IMG/VR virus record: IMGVR_UViG_3300049437_000015
Span: 1 to 47,608 of that record
Strand: one strand, 5' to 3'
Source: a virus
Lineage: Duplodnaviria; Caudoviricetes
Length of the DNA stretch: 47,608 nt
This document shows positions 25,962 through 34,471 of this stretch, piece by piece. Made by a program: the position numbers and the translations under genes. Under the pieces are notes generated by a model, which saw only the letters and a list, made by a program, of their open reading frames with translations, was not told where the DNA came from and made no database searches. Each line of letters opens with the position of its first letter. Positions within the stretch are counted from its first letter, which is position 1.

Positions 25962-26910
25962 TCGAGAAGAAAACTTTCTAACGAAGATGGGGGTCAAGTT
26001 CAAATACTCGAACTCCATTACGTTTCAACAACTAGTCCCGACATGGGAAGATCAAAATCAGGGCAGATCGAAATCGCGTGTGGAAGAAGTTGTTCTCGAA
26101 TATGCTGCGAGAACAGAAGCCGGATCGAATGCGCCTGCTCCGATTCTACGCACAACTGCAAAGGGACTGGACCCTTTAGACGGAGTTCAAAGACTCGGCT
26201 CGGAAAAGTTACTCGGTAGCACCAATTTTTCCGCATACATCGTCGAAACGGACTCCAATAAATTAGCGTTATCGATTCGCATTATGGCGAACCATCTCCT
26301 TGCCGGTCATCCCGAGCCGGTCGAATGGACGAAGCGGCGGGCTATCCAAATGCTCGCCATCGAAAATGATATGTCGCTCGAAGAGGTGGCTCGACTAGGT
26401 GGATGGAAGATTGCCGACGTTCAAGAAGAACACAAGGCGATGACGTGGGGTTTCGCCATTCGATGCAACGGCGGACCCGACCAACTTCCCAAGGGCGTTC
26501 TTCTTGCGTTGGATGAGAACGCCAAGATGGACGATTTGCGGGTGGCAACAAAGCCTGTTGTCGAATTTATTTCCGATTTGAAAGTTGGCAAGTTTTCAAA
26601 CGGCGACAGCAAGCCCCATATCGAACGCTTCTTTGCGGTCAATCGCAAGGATAGGAAAAACATCTACGAACAATTCGAGAAGAAGCACGAAGAATTCCGC
26701 AATGACCCTGAGATCAAGGCTCGGCTCGAAGGCCGTAAACGATGCCGCCTAACTCCCGAAATCGAGTTGCGGAGGATTCTTAAAACATCTTTGGCGACTG
26801 CCGAAAAAATCCAAAAGAATAAACATCATATTCCGTACATGGAAGAATTTTTCCAGCTTTGGAATCAAGTACGAGACACGCTTTCCGAGATTGCTAAAAA
26901 CAAGAAATAA
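25945..26910 (+). CDS. Second, divergent ParB-like protein
   Basis: PAPIL...DPLDGVQRL resembles the ParB DGxxR motif; HTH-like SLEEVARLGG. Confidence 0.5.
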   Translation: MFVRDNREENFLTKMGVKFKYSNSITFQQLVPTWEDQNQGRSKSRVEEVVLEYAARTEAGSNAPAPILRTTAKGLDPLDGVQRLGSEKLLGSTNFSAYIVETDSNKLALSIRIMANHLLAGHPEPVEWTKRRAIQMLAIENDMSLEEVARLGGWKIADVQEEHKAMTWGFAIRCNGGPDQLPKGVLLALDENAKMDDLRVATKPVVEFISDLKVGKFSNGDSKPHIERFFAVNRKDRKNIYEQFEKKHEEFRNDPEIKARLEGRKRCRLTPEIELRRILKTSLATAEKIQKNKHHIPYMEEFFQLWNQVRDTLSEIAKNKK

Positions 26911-26912
26911 CC

Positions 26913-27227
26913 ATGCAACTTTCCCTATTCGACAATCCGGCCGTCCAAACCGCTCCCTATATTCGCGGCTCGTCAACGTCCAAGGCGGCGGCGGTAGCGA
27001 TAGGGCCGACGCTCAGCGAGAAGCAGAAAGCGGTTTACGAGTACATCCGGTCATGCGGAACATTCGGAACGACAGATAACGAACTCATTCCGGCGATCGT
27101 GAAGCTCCACAAGATGAATTTCAACACGCCGCGAGCGAGGAGAGTAGAACTCATGGAAAAGGGGCTAATCGAGAAGAGCGGAGAGCGAAAAGGATGTAAC
27201 GTTTGGGTTGCGAAAACTAGCCAATAG
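26913..27227 (+). CDS. Winged-HTH hypothetical protein
   Basis: TSKAAA...LSEKQKAVYEYI...G.TD.EL...RARRVELMEKGLI. Confidence 0.65.
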   Translation: MQLSLFDNPAVQTAPYIRGSSTSKAAAVAIGPTLSEKQKAVYEYIRSCGTFGTTDNELIPAIVKLHKMNFNTPRARRVELMEKGLIEKSGERKGCNVWVAKTSQ

Positions 27228-27240
27228 AAAGGAATCTATC

Positions 27241-27477
27241 ATGCTCGTACTTGGTCGGCAAATCGATCAATCGATTCTTATTGGAAAAGATGTAGTTATT
27301 CGCGTGGTCAGCATCCACGGAAATCACGTTCACCTTGGTATCGACGCGCCGAAAGATGTCGAGATACTTCGGCCGGACGCGATTGTGCGAACGCGGATAC
27401 TTACAGCGGCGGCCGATGGAAAACTTGCCAAGTGCGAGAAAGACCTAGACGATGCCGAGCAGTTGGCGCAGATTTAA
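27241..27477 (+). CDS. csrA: Carbon storage regulator CsrA/RsmA homolog
   Basis: MLVLGRQIDQSILIGKDVVIRVVSIHGNHVHLGIDAPKDVEILR matches the CsrA consensus; AAGGA SD. Confidence 0.9.
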   Translation: MLVLGRQIDQSILIGKDVVIRVVSIHGNHVHLGIDAPKDVEILRPDAIVRTRILTAAADGKLAKCEKDLDDAEQLAQI

Positions 27478-27478
27478 C

Positions 27479-27616
27479 ATGACCACCACCCAATCAAAAC
27501 TCGCCCGCAATCTCCGCGAACTTGAAGTCCAGCGGAAGCGGCTTCAATTAAAAACGGCTGAACATCGTTTGAATATCGAGCGGTCCAAAAACTGGCGAAA
27601 CGTGAAAGGGAGATGA
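27479..27616 (+). CDS. Small basic hypothetical protein (45 aa, not in ORF track)
   Basis: Fills the gap exactly between csrA and the next gene. Confidence 0.45.
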   Translation: MTTTQSKLARNLRELEVQRKRLQLKTAEHRLNIERSKNWRNVKGR

Positions 27617-27619
27617 GGT

Positions 27620-27949
27620 ATGGATATCATACGAGAATTTATACCACGAATCACCATCGATCAATTCGCCGAAGAAAGCGGGCTAAAGATGAAAGTCGTT
27701 GAGCGAAAGAAGCCCGAGAATGATACCGCACGATACTACGCTCATTTTGTCGATGAGCGAGGCTATGGTGTCGAAGAAATTGGCGATGGTGTTTTGCTAG
27801 GAACATACGGAAACGGAGTCTGCGAGCAAGACGCGATCGACGATTACGCAAGGCAGATAAGTCTCAAAAGGCTAGTCGCACACGCATACGACGACAACAG
27901 AAAAGAATTCAACGTCCCACGGTTAAAAGCAAACGAGGAGAAGCAATGA
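27620..27949 (+). CDS. Hypothetical protein
   Basis: SD-like GGGAG/GAGG; tightly packed. Confidence 0.6.
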   Translation: MDIIREFIPRITIDQFAEESGLKMKVVERKKPENDTARYYAHFVDERGYGVEEIGDGVLLGTYGNGVCEQDAIDDYARQISLKRLVAHAYDDNRKEFNVPRLKANEEKQ

Positions 27950-28080
27950 AACGCCTCAAATCAATCCATGCGTGGTGGCAGAACTGGGGAGAATGCTTTA
28001 CGATTCCCGCGATGATTGTGTGTTTGTTGTGGGTGACTTGTGAGTTGATGCACTTCTATCAACAGGTGAGGCTGAAATGA
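27946..28080 (+). CDS. Small membrane protein (44 aa, not in ORF track)
   Basis: GAGGAG SD, ATGA overlaps at both ends, hydrophobic FTIPAMIVCLLWVTC. Confidence 0.55.
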   Translation: MKRLKSIHAWWQNWGECFTIPAMIVCLLWVTCELMHFYQQVRLK

Positions 28081-28268
28081 GCGGCTCTGATGACGACGAC
28101 TTTTTCGGCGATACGATCTATGAAGTTTGGCGAAGGGGCGGAAATCCAGATAATGTTGACCGCGATAGAGTAAATCAATATTTCGACATGGACCTGGGCT
28201 ACGAAGAAGCGGCGAGAAGCGAACTCGAAAAACAGCATTTTTTTAACCCTACGGAGGAAATATCGTGA
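28077..28268 (+). CDS. Acidic hypothetical protein
   Basis: Coupled ORF. Confidence 0.55.
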   Translation: MSGSDDDDFFGDTIYEVWRRGGNPDNVDRDRVNQYFDMDLGYEEAARSELEKQHFFNPTEEIS

Positions 28269-29248
28269 GTACAGTTATTGTTGAGGAATCGGTTGCGAGT
28301 GCGGCGTTGAAGAAGTTCGTTCCCACGGATTTCAGTATTGCGGCCATGAGCGAAGAGTTCATGCCGCTCACCATCAGTGGCCTTAATGACGCCGCTGGAT
28401 ACAAGCGGGTGCATGACGCTCGAATGATCGTCAAGAGTCACCGCGTCTCGGTCGAAAAGGTCCGCAAAGAACTTAAACAGGATGCTTTGGAGTACGGTCG
28501 CAAGGTCGATGCCGAAGCCAAGCGGATCACGGCTTTACTCGAACCCATCGAAACCCACCTTCTCACGCAAGAGGAAGCTATCGACGCCGAGAGGGAACGG
28601 ATTCGGAACGCCGAACGGTTGCGACTTGAAGCCGAGGTTAAAGCGAAGCAGGAAGCCGAAGATGCTCGGTTGCTGGCGATCAAGCAAGCCGAAGAAGCTC
28701 GAATCAAAGCCGAGCAAGCCGCCGAGAACGAACGCCTGCGGATCGAACGCGAAAAGCTTGCCGAGCAACAGCGGATGCTCGACGAAGAACGTCGCAAGAT
28801 GGAAGCCGAGCGGCAAAAGGTTGCCGATGAAGCGGCTCGAATCCAACGCGAAAAGGACGCCGAGGCGAAACGGCTCGCCGATATCGAAGCCGCGAAGCAA
28901 CGCGAAATCGAGAACGAACGCATCCGCAAGGAAGCCGCCGAAAAGGCTCGTATCGAAACCGAGCAGCGACTTGCACGGGAAGCTGCCGAAGCTCAGGCCC
29001 GCAAGGAACGCGAGGAAGCGGAAGCGAAAGTTAAGGCCGAGCGAGCGGAGAAGAAACGCCTTCGCCAATTGGCTTTGCGGCCGGATAAAGACAAGCTCAT
29101 GGAAGTAGCGGAGATGGTGGACAACATCGTCGTTCCCGATGTTGCTGAGTTGACCGCCGACGCCGCTCCGATTGCCAGCCGGATTAGCTTGCTGCTTCAC
29201 GATACGGCGCAGGCAATTCGGTTGATCATCGAAGAACTGGATCAATAA
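28265..29248 (+). CDS. Coiled-coil protein of the recombination module
   Basis: VEKVRKELK...GRKVD.EAK.IT..LEPIE..L N-terminus then long E/A/R/K coiled coil; GGAGG SD. Confidence 0.75.
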   Translation: MSTVIVEESVASAALKKFVPTDFSIAAMSEEFMPLTISGLNDAAGYKRVHDARMIVKSHRVSVEKVRKELKQDALEYGRKVDAEAKRITALLEPIETHLLTQEEAIDAERERIRNAERLRLEAEVKAKQEAEDARLLAIKQAEEARIKAEQAAENERLRIEREKLAEQQRMLDEERRKMEAERQKVADEAARIQREKDAEAKRLADIEAAKQREIENERIRKEAAEKARIETEQRLAREAAEAQARKEREEAEAKVKAERAEKKRLRQLALRPDKDKLMEVAEMVDNIVVPDVAELTADAAPIASRISLLLHDTAQAIRLIIEELDQ

Positions 29249-29294
29249 ACGCCGCGAAACGAAAACCTAAAAACTTTAACAAAGGAAATCTGAA

Positions 29295-29717
29295 ATGGCA
29301 GAACCTAACATCGCTCTTACGCTCAGTCCAGAACTCATAAAGCCCATCGTGGAGGCAAAAATCTCCGTGGCCATTGCAGAGGCATTGAAAGATCAGGGAA
29401 CGCTTATCGAAAAATGCGTTGCCTACGCGATGAACATGAAAGTATCGTCCAGTGGACGTGTTAGCAGTTCATCGTATGAAAACAACCATCGATTTCTAGA
29501 CATTATTGTCAACAACGCACTCCAAGACGCGGCCAGGAAAGCACTTGCTACTTGGCTCGAAGAAAACATGGATGCTTTTCAGGCCGCATTCATTAAGTCA
29601 CTCAAGGCCGACAAAAACGCAGTCGTGAAGGCCATGATGACTGGATTCAAAGATAGCTTATCCAGCAATTACTCGTTCAATGTCTGTTGCAGTTTTCAGA
29701 CGCCAAAGGATCGCTAA
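29295..29717 (+). CDS. Hypothetical protein
   Basis: AAGGA SD; helical. Confidence 0.65.
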   Translation: MAEPNIALTLSPELIKPIVEAKISVAIAEALKDQGTLIEKCVAYAMNMKVSSSGRVSSSSYENNHRFLDIIVNNALQDAARKALATWLEENMDAFQAAFIKSLKADKNAVVKAMMTGFKDSLSSNYSFNVCCSFQTPKDR

Positions 29718-29746
29718 TAAGGCGAAACGAATCGAGGAACTTAACC

Positions 29747-30016
29747 ATGAAAAACAAAGCCCGGCTAGGACTGATTCGTAGCGTGGCCGAACTGTACTGC
29801 GGGCAGGTGATTCGGATTCACTACCCGCATAAGTTTCTCGATACCACGGTGGTGCGAGCGGAAGTTGACAGCCTTTGTTTTATGGGCAGAAGCCGAGTCG
29901 AGAAGGCGACCTACGAAGAGTTGGGCATCGAGCCTTATCCGATCGGCGTATGGTCGGATACTTACGTCACCGACAGGGACGTTGAATGTGAATGCGTGAA
30001 AGTTTTTGGAGGGTAA
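29747..30016 (+). CDS. Hypothetical protein
   Basis: GAGGA SD before ATG 29747. Confidence 0.55.
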   Translation: MKNKARLGLIRSVAELYCGQVIRIHYPHKFLDTTVVRAEVDSLCFMGRSRVEKATYEELGIEPYPIGVWSDTYVTDRDVECECVKVFGG

Positions 30017-30023
30017 AACTACC

Positions 30024-30088
30024 GCCGTCGCCGTGGAAACGAATGGGATTGAAAGAAGATCGCCGAAACAATTCGGCGGCGGCTTTTG
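30024..30088 (+). terminator. Terminator-like hairpin with an alternative long-range stem
   Basis: CGCCGAA/TTCGGCG inner hairpin competes with GCCGTCGCCG/CGGCGGCGGC; followed by TTTT. Confidence 0.45.
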
Positions 30089-30098
30089 AATAAGGTGG

Positions 30099-31157
30099 AT
30101 GATGAACGAAAAACAAATACTAACGCATTCCTCAATATCGACATTCAAAAAATGCCGTCGCCGATACTTTTGGGAATACGAGTGCGGCATTCGCGGAAAG
30201 ATTGATGGTAAGGCATTGCGAATTGGATCAACCGGACATACGGCTTTGGAGTTTTTCAAGCGAGACGGAAATCTCGAAAAGGCACTCGAAACCATCGATT
30301 GGTATTACGCGTTACTGACCGACCTTTCGGATGACGAAATTAAGTACGAGAAAAAAACGGTCGCTTGTTTGGTGGCCGGATACGTTTGGCGATGGGCGAA
30401 CGCTCCGCTAGAAATCATTGCCACGGAACAGTCGTTTAATGTGCCACTGTTCAATCCTTCTACAAAATCAAGTTCGTTGATATTCGACATTGCCGGAAAG
30501 ATCGACGGAATTGTTCGGTTGCAAGATCAACGATTAGCCGTCCAAGAACATAAGTTCTTATCTGAGCAAATTGACGACGACTCCGATCTTTGGCGACGGT
30601 TACAAATCGATCAGCAGATAACTGTTTATGTCATGGTGGCGAGACGCATCGGACATAACGTCGATACTGTTCTCTACGATATTATTCGCAAGCCGACGAT
30701 CAAGCCCACGCCGGTTCCAGTGCTTGACGACAACGGCATGAAAATCGTTTTGGATAAAGACGGCAATCGCCCAATGACTGCCAGGGGCCAATTCTATCAG
30801 ACTGGCAACGCCGAAAAGGGACTCGTATTGCAACAGCGCGAAATGACCGCCGATGAATGGGGCAAGAAGCTCTTGGACGATATCGGCGAACGGCCTGATT
30901 TTTATTACGTTCGCAAAGAAGTCCCCCGCCTCGATGATGAGATTATCGAATTTCAGTACGAGCTTTGGGACATTCAAAAAACGATTAGAGCCGCCCAAAA
31001 CGAACAACGGTGGTTCAAAACCGTTAGCTCTGATACGTGTGATTATTGTTCATTTCGTGCGCTGTGTTTATCAAAGTACAATCCTTCCGATCCGTTGCTG
31101 GAAGGCTTTATAAAGATTGACGACGTTCACCCGGAACTCAAATCAGATTCATTTTAG
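30099..31157 (+). CDS. PD-(D/E)XK exonuclease (RecB/Cas4-like, Fe-S Cys)
   Basis: THSSISTFKKCRR, IGSTGH, AGKIDG...EHK, Q...Y, CDYCSFRALC. Confidence 0.85.
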   Translation: MMNEKQILTHSSISTFKKCRRRYFWEYECGIRGKIDGKALRIGSTGHTALEFFKRDGNLEKALETIDWYYALLTDLSDDEIKYEKKTVACLVAGYVWRWANAPLEIIATEQSFNVPLFNPSTKSSSLIFDIAGKIDGIVRLQDQRLAVQEHKFLSEQIDDDSDLWRRLQIDQQITVYVMVARRIGHNVDTVLYDIIRKPTIKPTPVPVLDDNGMKIVLDKDGNRPMTARGQFYQTGNAEKGLVLQQREMTADEWGKKLLDDIGERPDFYYVRKEVPRLDDEIIEFQYELWDIQKTIRAAQNEQRWFKTVSSDTCDYCSFRALCLSKYNPSDPLLEGFIKIDDVHPELKSDSF

Positions 31158-31166
31158 GAGGAAATC

Positions 31167-31988
31167 GTGAAACCAGTATTGGCTCCAAATCGACCTAATA
31201 CACCGGCGGCAAGTGTCGCGGCGCAACAGCCAGCAAGAGATTTACAAATCTCTCGTGGCATCAACGTGCAAGCCCAAAAGATAATTCTTTACGGCCCCGG
31301 CGGCGTTGGTAAGTCATCGTTGGCGGCATCACTAAAAGATTCCGGCATCGACCCGTTGTTTATCGACTTCGACGAAGGGAGCAATTTTTTAGATGTTGCC
31401 CGCGTCGTTCCGCAAACGCTCGACGAGACGCGTCGTATTTTGCAAAACCGTGAAATGTTTCAACCGTTCGGGGCCATTGTTTTAGACTCGCTTACGAAGG
31501 CCGAGGAAGTCGCTACGGCATGGACGCTCGCCAATGTGCCGCACGAAAAAGGCCACGCCGTCAAATCCGTGGAAGGATACGGATTTGGAAAGGGCTACCA
31601 ACACGTTTTTGAGACGATGTTGATGCTCTTGGGCGACTTGGACGCCGTGGCCCGCAGCGGCAAGCACGTCGTTTGTATCGCCCACGAATGCGTGGCTAAT
31701 GTTCCCAACCCGCAGGGTGAGGACTTCATTCGCTACGAGCCGCGTTTACAGTCGCCTGCTTCCGGCAAGTCATCGGTTCGTCTCCGCGTCAAGGAATGGG
31801 CCGACCACCTGATTTTTATAGGCTACGATCAGGTCATTAAGGACGGTAAGGCGACCGGCGCGGGCACGAGAACGATCTACACCACAGAAAGGCCGACGCA
31901 CATGGCGAAGTCTCGCTCGCTTGATGAAGCCTTTCCTTATCAACTCAACGACCTAACCCTTTGGAACAAACTTTTTAACAAGGAATAG
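31167..31988 (+). CDS. Sak4-like AAA ATPase (single-strand annealing)
   Basis: YGPGGVGKS, VLDSLT, GFGKGY, VCIAH, VKEWAD, AKSR. Confidence 0.85.
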   Translation: MKPVLAPNRPNTPAASVAAQQPARDLQISRGINVQAQKIILYGPGGVGKSSLAASLKDSGIDPLFIDFDEGSNFLDVARVVPQTLDETRRILQNREMFQPFGAIVLDSLTKAEEVATAWTLANVPHEKGHAVKSVEGYGFGKGYQHVFETMLMLLGDLDAVARSGKHVVCIAHECVANVPNPQGEDFIRYEPRLQSPASGKSSVRLRVKEWADHLIFIGYDQVIKDGKATGAGTRTIYTTERPTHMAKSRSLDEAFPYQLNDLTLWNKLFNKE

Positions 31989-31991
31989 AAC

Positions 31992-32657
31992 ATGGGAAAC
32001 CCATTGTCACAAGCTGGAGTGTTTCGCGGACAGATTATCAGTTACGGACTTTACGAACCTGGAAAAGACGGTTCGCAATCGTTGGCAATCAGCGTTGTCG
32101 CCCATATTCAAGATGCGTGGGACGGCGAAAAGCAAGAGTGGATCGATTGGCGCGAGTACGAATTGGAAGGCGAAGGCGATCTTTGGATCGTCAAGCGAAC
32201 CGGCGAATTGATTCAAAACCAAATCAATAATCTCGTTAAACACGCCGGATGGGACGGTGATGTCATGTCGGTTGCCGAACGGCGATGGGTTTCAACTCCA
32301 TGCCAGTTTGTGGTCAACGAAGAAAAAGATCCGAACGGCAAGTACGACACCAAGTTCAAAATAGCCTTCATCAACGCTTGGGATAGCGTTCCTGGGGCTG
32401 GGCGGCAGTTCCTTGACCCACAGAAGGCTAAAGCCATTGCCGACCGTTATGGACCCCAATTAAGGGCTTTGACGGGATCGATCAAGCAGAACTCCGTAGT
32501 GCCTTCGACCAAGAAGCCTTCGATACCGTCCAAGCCCATCGCTCCTAAGCAACAGGAAATCAATCGGCTCAATCAATCGGTTCCCGATCCGACCGGCGGA
32601 TTTGACAACGACATCAACGCCGAACTGAACCAGCAAGGCGACGATATTCCGTTTTAA
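31992..32657 (+). CDS. Single-stranded DNA-binding protein (DUF669-like)
   Basis: Follows Sak4-like gene; acidic tail GDDIPF. Confidence 0.7.
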   Translation: MGNPLSQAGVFRGQIISYGLYEPGKDGSQSLAISVVAHIQDAWDGEKQEWIDWREYELEGEGDLWIVKRTGELIQNQINNLVKHAGWDGDVMSVAERRWVSTPCQFVVNEEKDPNGKYDTKFKIAFINAWDSVPGAGRQFLDPQKAKAIADRYGPQLRALTGSIKQNSVVPSTKKPSIPSKPIAPKQQEINRLNQSVPDPTGGFDNDINAELNQQGDDIPF

Positions 32658-32739
32658 GTAACCACGACCAACGAACAGAAAGGAGTTATGCGTGTAATGG
32701 ACAATCCTGGGCTGGATTGCAGGAGCGTCCCGCCTTTAT

Positions 32740-32871
32740 GCGGCAGCGGCGTGGATGGATGACACGCAAATCGTGGATTGGGTCAAGCAAAGGCCGGAAG
32801 GCAAAGCTTATGCGGCGTTCGATTCGCCGACCACGAGGATAGCTAAGCCGGTTCGATTCCGGCCTGCCGCA
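32740..32871 (+). ncRNA. tRNA-like RNA with a second tRNA-like minihelix in place of the anticodon arm
   Basis: Acceptor GCGGCAG/CTGCCGC, D-arm GCGTG/CACGC, T-arm GCCGG-TTCGATT-CCGGC; inner TCGTGG/CCACGA with CGGCG-TTCGATT-CGCCG. Confidence 0.7.
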
Positions 32872-32908
32872 CTAAACCATTCGGAAATCACTAACAGTTG
32901 GAGGAGTT

Positions 32909-33124
32909 ATGACAAGCGGAAGCGATTACGTATTTCCCGTTCCCAGTTCAAGCGAGTACGGCCTCACTAAACGCGAGCTATTCGCGGCGATGGCGATGCA
33001 AGGATTAGTGACAAATGGAAATATCAACGTAAATGGAAAGCGGATCGCGGAAGCCACAGAGTATGCAAAGGCCGCTGTAGCTATTGCCGACGCGCTCATC
33101 GAAGCCCTCAACGTGAAGGAGTAA
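32909..33124 (+). CDS. Conserved phage hypothetical protein
   Basis: GLTKRELFAAMAMQG...AVAIADALIEAL family motif; GGAGG SD. Confidence 0.8.
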   Translation: MTSGSDYVFPVPSSSEYGLTKRELFAAMAMQGLVTNGNINVNGKRIAEATEYAKAAVAIADALIEALNVKE

Positions 33125-33126
33125 TC

Positions 33127-33303
33127 ATGCCCGAACGAGAAAGCGGCTGGTATTTTGTTAAGTACAACGGTAACTGGATGATCGCGTCGTATAATCCTGC
33201 GTTCGATACACTACCGTGGCTGATTACTGATTCTGAGGTATGGCTTCAAGACAGAGATTTTGAAGAAATCGGCGAACGGATCAAAATGCCGGACGAGGAA
33301 TAG
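33127..33303 (+). CDS. Small hypothetical protein (58 aa, not in ORF track)
   Basis: AAGGAG SD; RESGWYFVKY...EIGERIKMP. Confidence 0.6.
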   Translation: MPERESGWYFVKYNGNWMIASYNPAFDTLPWLITDSEVWLQDRDFEEIGERIKMPDEE

Positions 33304-33307
33304 AGCG

Positions 33308-33572
33308 AGTTGCGAACGTGGAACCGCTGCCACGCTAAACAAAGACGGGCAACTAGTGCCGAGTCGTGTTTGCGGCCTTGTGCCGCCTGAAACCGTGCGG
33401 AGGCATTTACTCGGCAATCTCCGTGAACGGGCCGACTTAGGCGGAGCGGATAGTCACTCCTGCATTTTGGGACCGATTATTCGCATGTACCGTCGAAGCC
33501 TAAGTGCGACGGGATGAATGGTTCTACTGGACCAGGAGAGCCGCGAGCCTGCATGAGGCGAACAGCGGCGTT
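33308..33572 (+). ncRNA. Putative structured RNA/leader with pseudoknot potential
   Basis: Four stem domains and two loop complementarities (see findings). Confidence 0.5.
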
Positions 33573-33586
33573 TTAAGGAACAGCAA

Positions 33587-34471
33587 ATGAGAGACTATGG
33601 AAAAGTAGCACCGACGTTCTGGACAGGTGAGACAGGCCGCGACTTGCGAAAAGCAAGCAAGGATGCGCAGCTCGTCGCACTCTACTTATTGACGTGCGGA
33701 TCATCCCACATGAGCGGTATTTATTACCTCGCGCTGCCGACGCTTTGCCATGAGTTAGGCCTGACAATACGAGGGGCTTCAAAGGCCCTTCAAAGGGTCG
33801 AGAAGACGGGCTTCGCCTACTTCGATGCCCCTTCGGAAGTCGTTTTTGTGCCCGAAATGGCCCGCTTTCAGATCGGCGAACGGTTGGAACCAAAAGATAA
33901 CCGACACAAGGGCTTAATCAAGTACCTTGAAAACTATCGTAAGTCCTTATTCTACAAGGACTTCTATACTCGATACAAGGTGTCGTTTTCGCTGCCGGAA
34001 CCAAGCCCCTTTGAAGCCCCTTGCAAGGGTCGCGTGCGCACGCGCGCAGAACAGGAGCAGGAACAGGAGAAAGAACAGGAGCTAGAGCAGGATCAGGAAA
34101 AAGAGAAAGAACAGGAACAGGAAACCTATTGCGGCGAGCCGTCAGAGACGGCATCTCCGCCGAACGCCGTATTCATCTTTCCCACGGTCGGCAAGGAACC
34201 GCACGAATACCCACTTCTCGAATCCAAGGTCGCCGAATACCAAGAGACCTTCCCCGGCTTGAACGTCATCGCGGAATTGCGTAAGGCCCTTCAATGGTGC
34301 AAGGATCGTCCGACCAATAGAAAGACCAACGCTGGAATGCCAAAGTTTCTCTTCGGCTGGTTGAGCCGAACCCAGGACCGAGGAGGGTCAAAAGGAAACG
34401 CCGATCCTAGAGGAACCATTGCGGCCATGCAGGGCTATCTCGCTCTAAAGGAGTCGGAAGCCAATGAATAA
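33587..34471 (+). CDS. Replication initiator (replisome organizer-like)
   Basis: MRDYGKVAPTFWTG...ALYLLT N-terminal wHTH type, EQEQEQEKEQE linker, helical C-terminus ..KFLFGWLSR. Confidence 0.8.
   Translation: MRDYGKVAPTFWTGETGRDLRKASKDAQLVALYLLTCGSSHMSGIYYLALPTLCHELGLTIRGASKALQRVEKTGFAYFDAPSEVVFVPEMARFQIGERLEPKDNRHKGLIKYLENYRKSLFYKDFYTRYKVSFSLPEPSPFEAPCKGRVRTRAEQEQEQEKEQELEQDQEKEKEQEQETYCGEPSETASPPNAVFIFPTVGKEPHEYPLLESKVAEYQETFPGLNVIAELRKALQWCKDRPTNRKTNAGMPKFLFGWLSRTQDRGGSKGNADPRGTIAAMQGYLALKESEANE
33771..34123. repeat. Iteron-like GCCCCTT/CCCTT-N2-AAGGGTCG repeats plus CAGGAR purine repeats; candidate origin
   Basis: CCCTTCAAAGGGTCG (33786), CCCTTGCAAGGGTCG (34018), AAGCCCCTT (34003, 34014), inverted AGGGGCTT (33772). 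Confidence 0.5.

Noticed and set aside
30099-31157. Cas4-like nuclease as part of a CRISPR system
   Set aside because: No repeat-spacer array or other cas genes seen; context is a nuclease-Sak4-SSB recombination module
33317-33345. CGTGG-loop-CCACG-CTAAAC resembles the 5' part of a pistol ribozyme
   Set aside because: No nearby pseudoknot partner or P2/P3 core; the loop complement is about 240 nt away
34047-34123. CAGGAR tandem repeats as a CsrB-like RNA or separate element
   Set aside because: Explained by the EQEQE linker typical of these initiators
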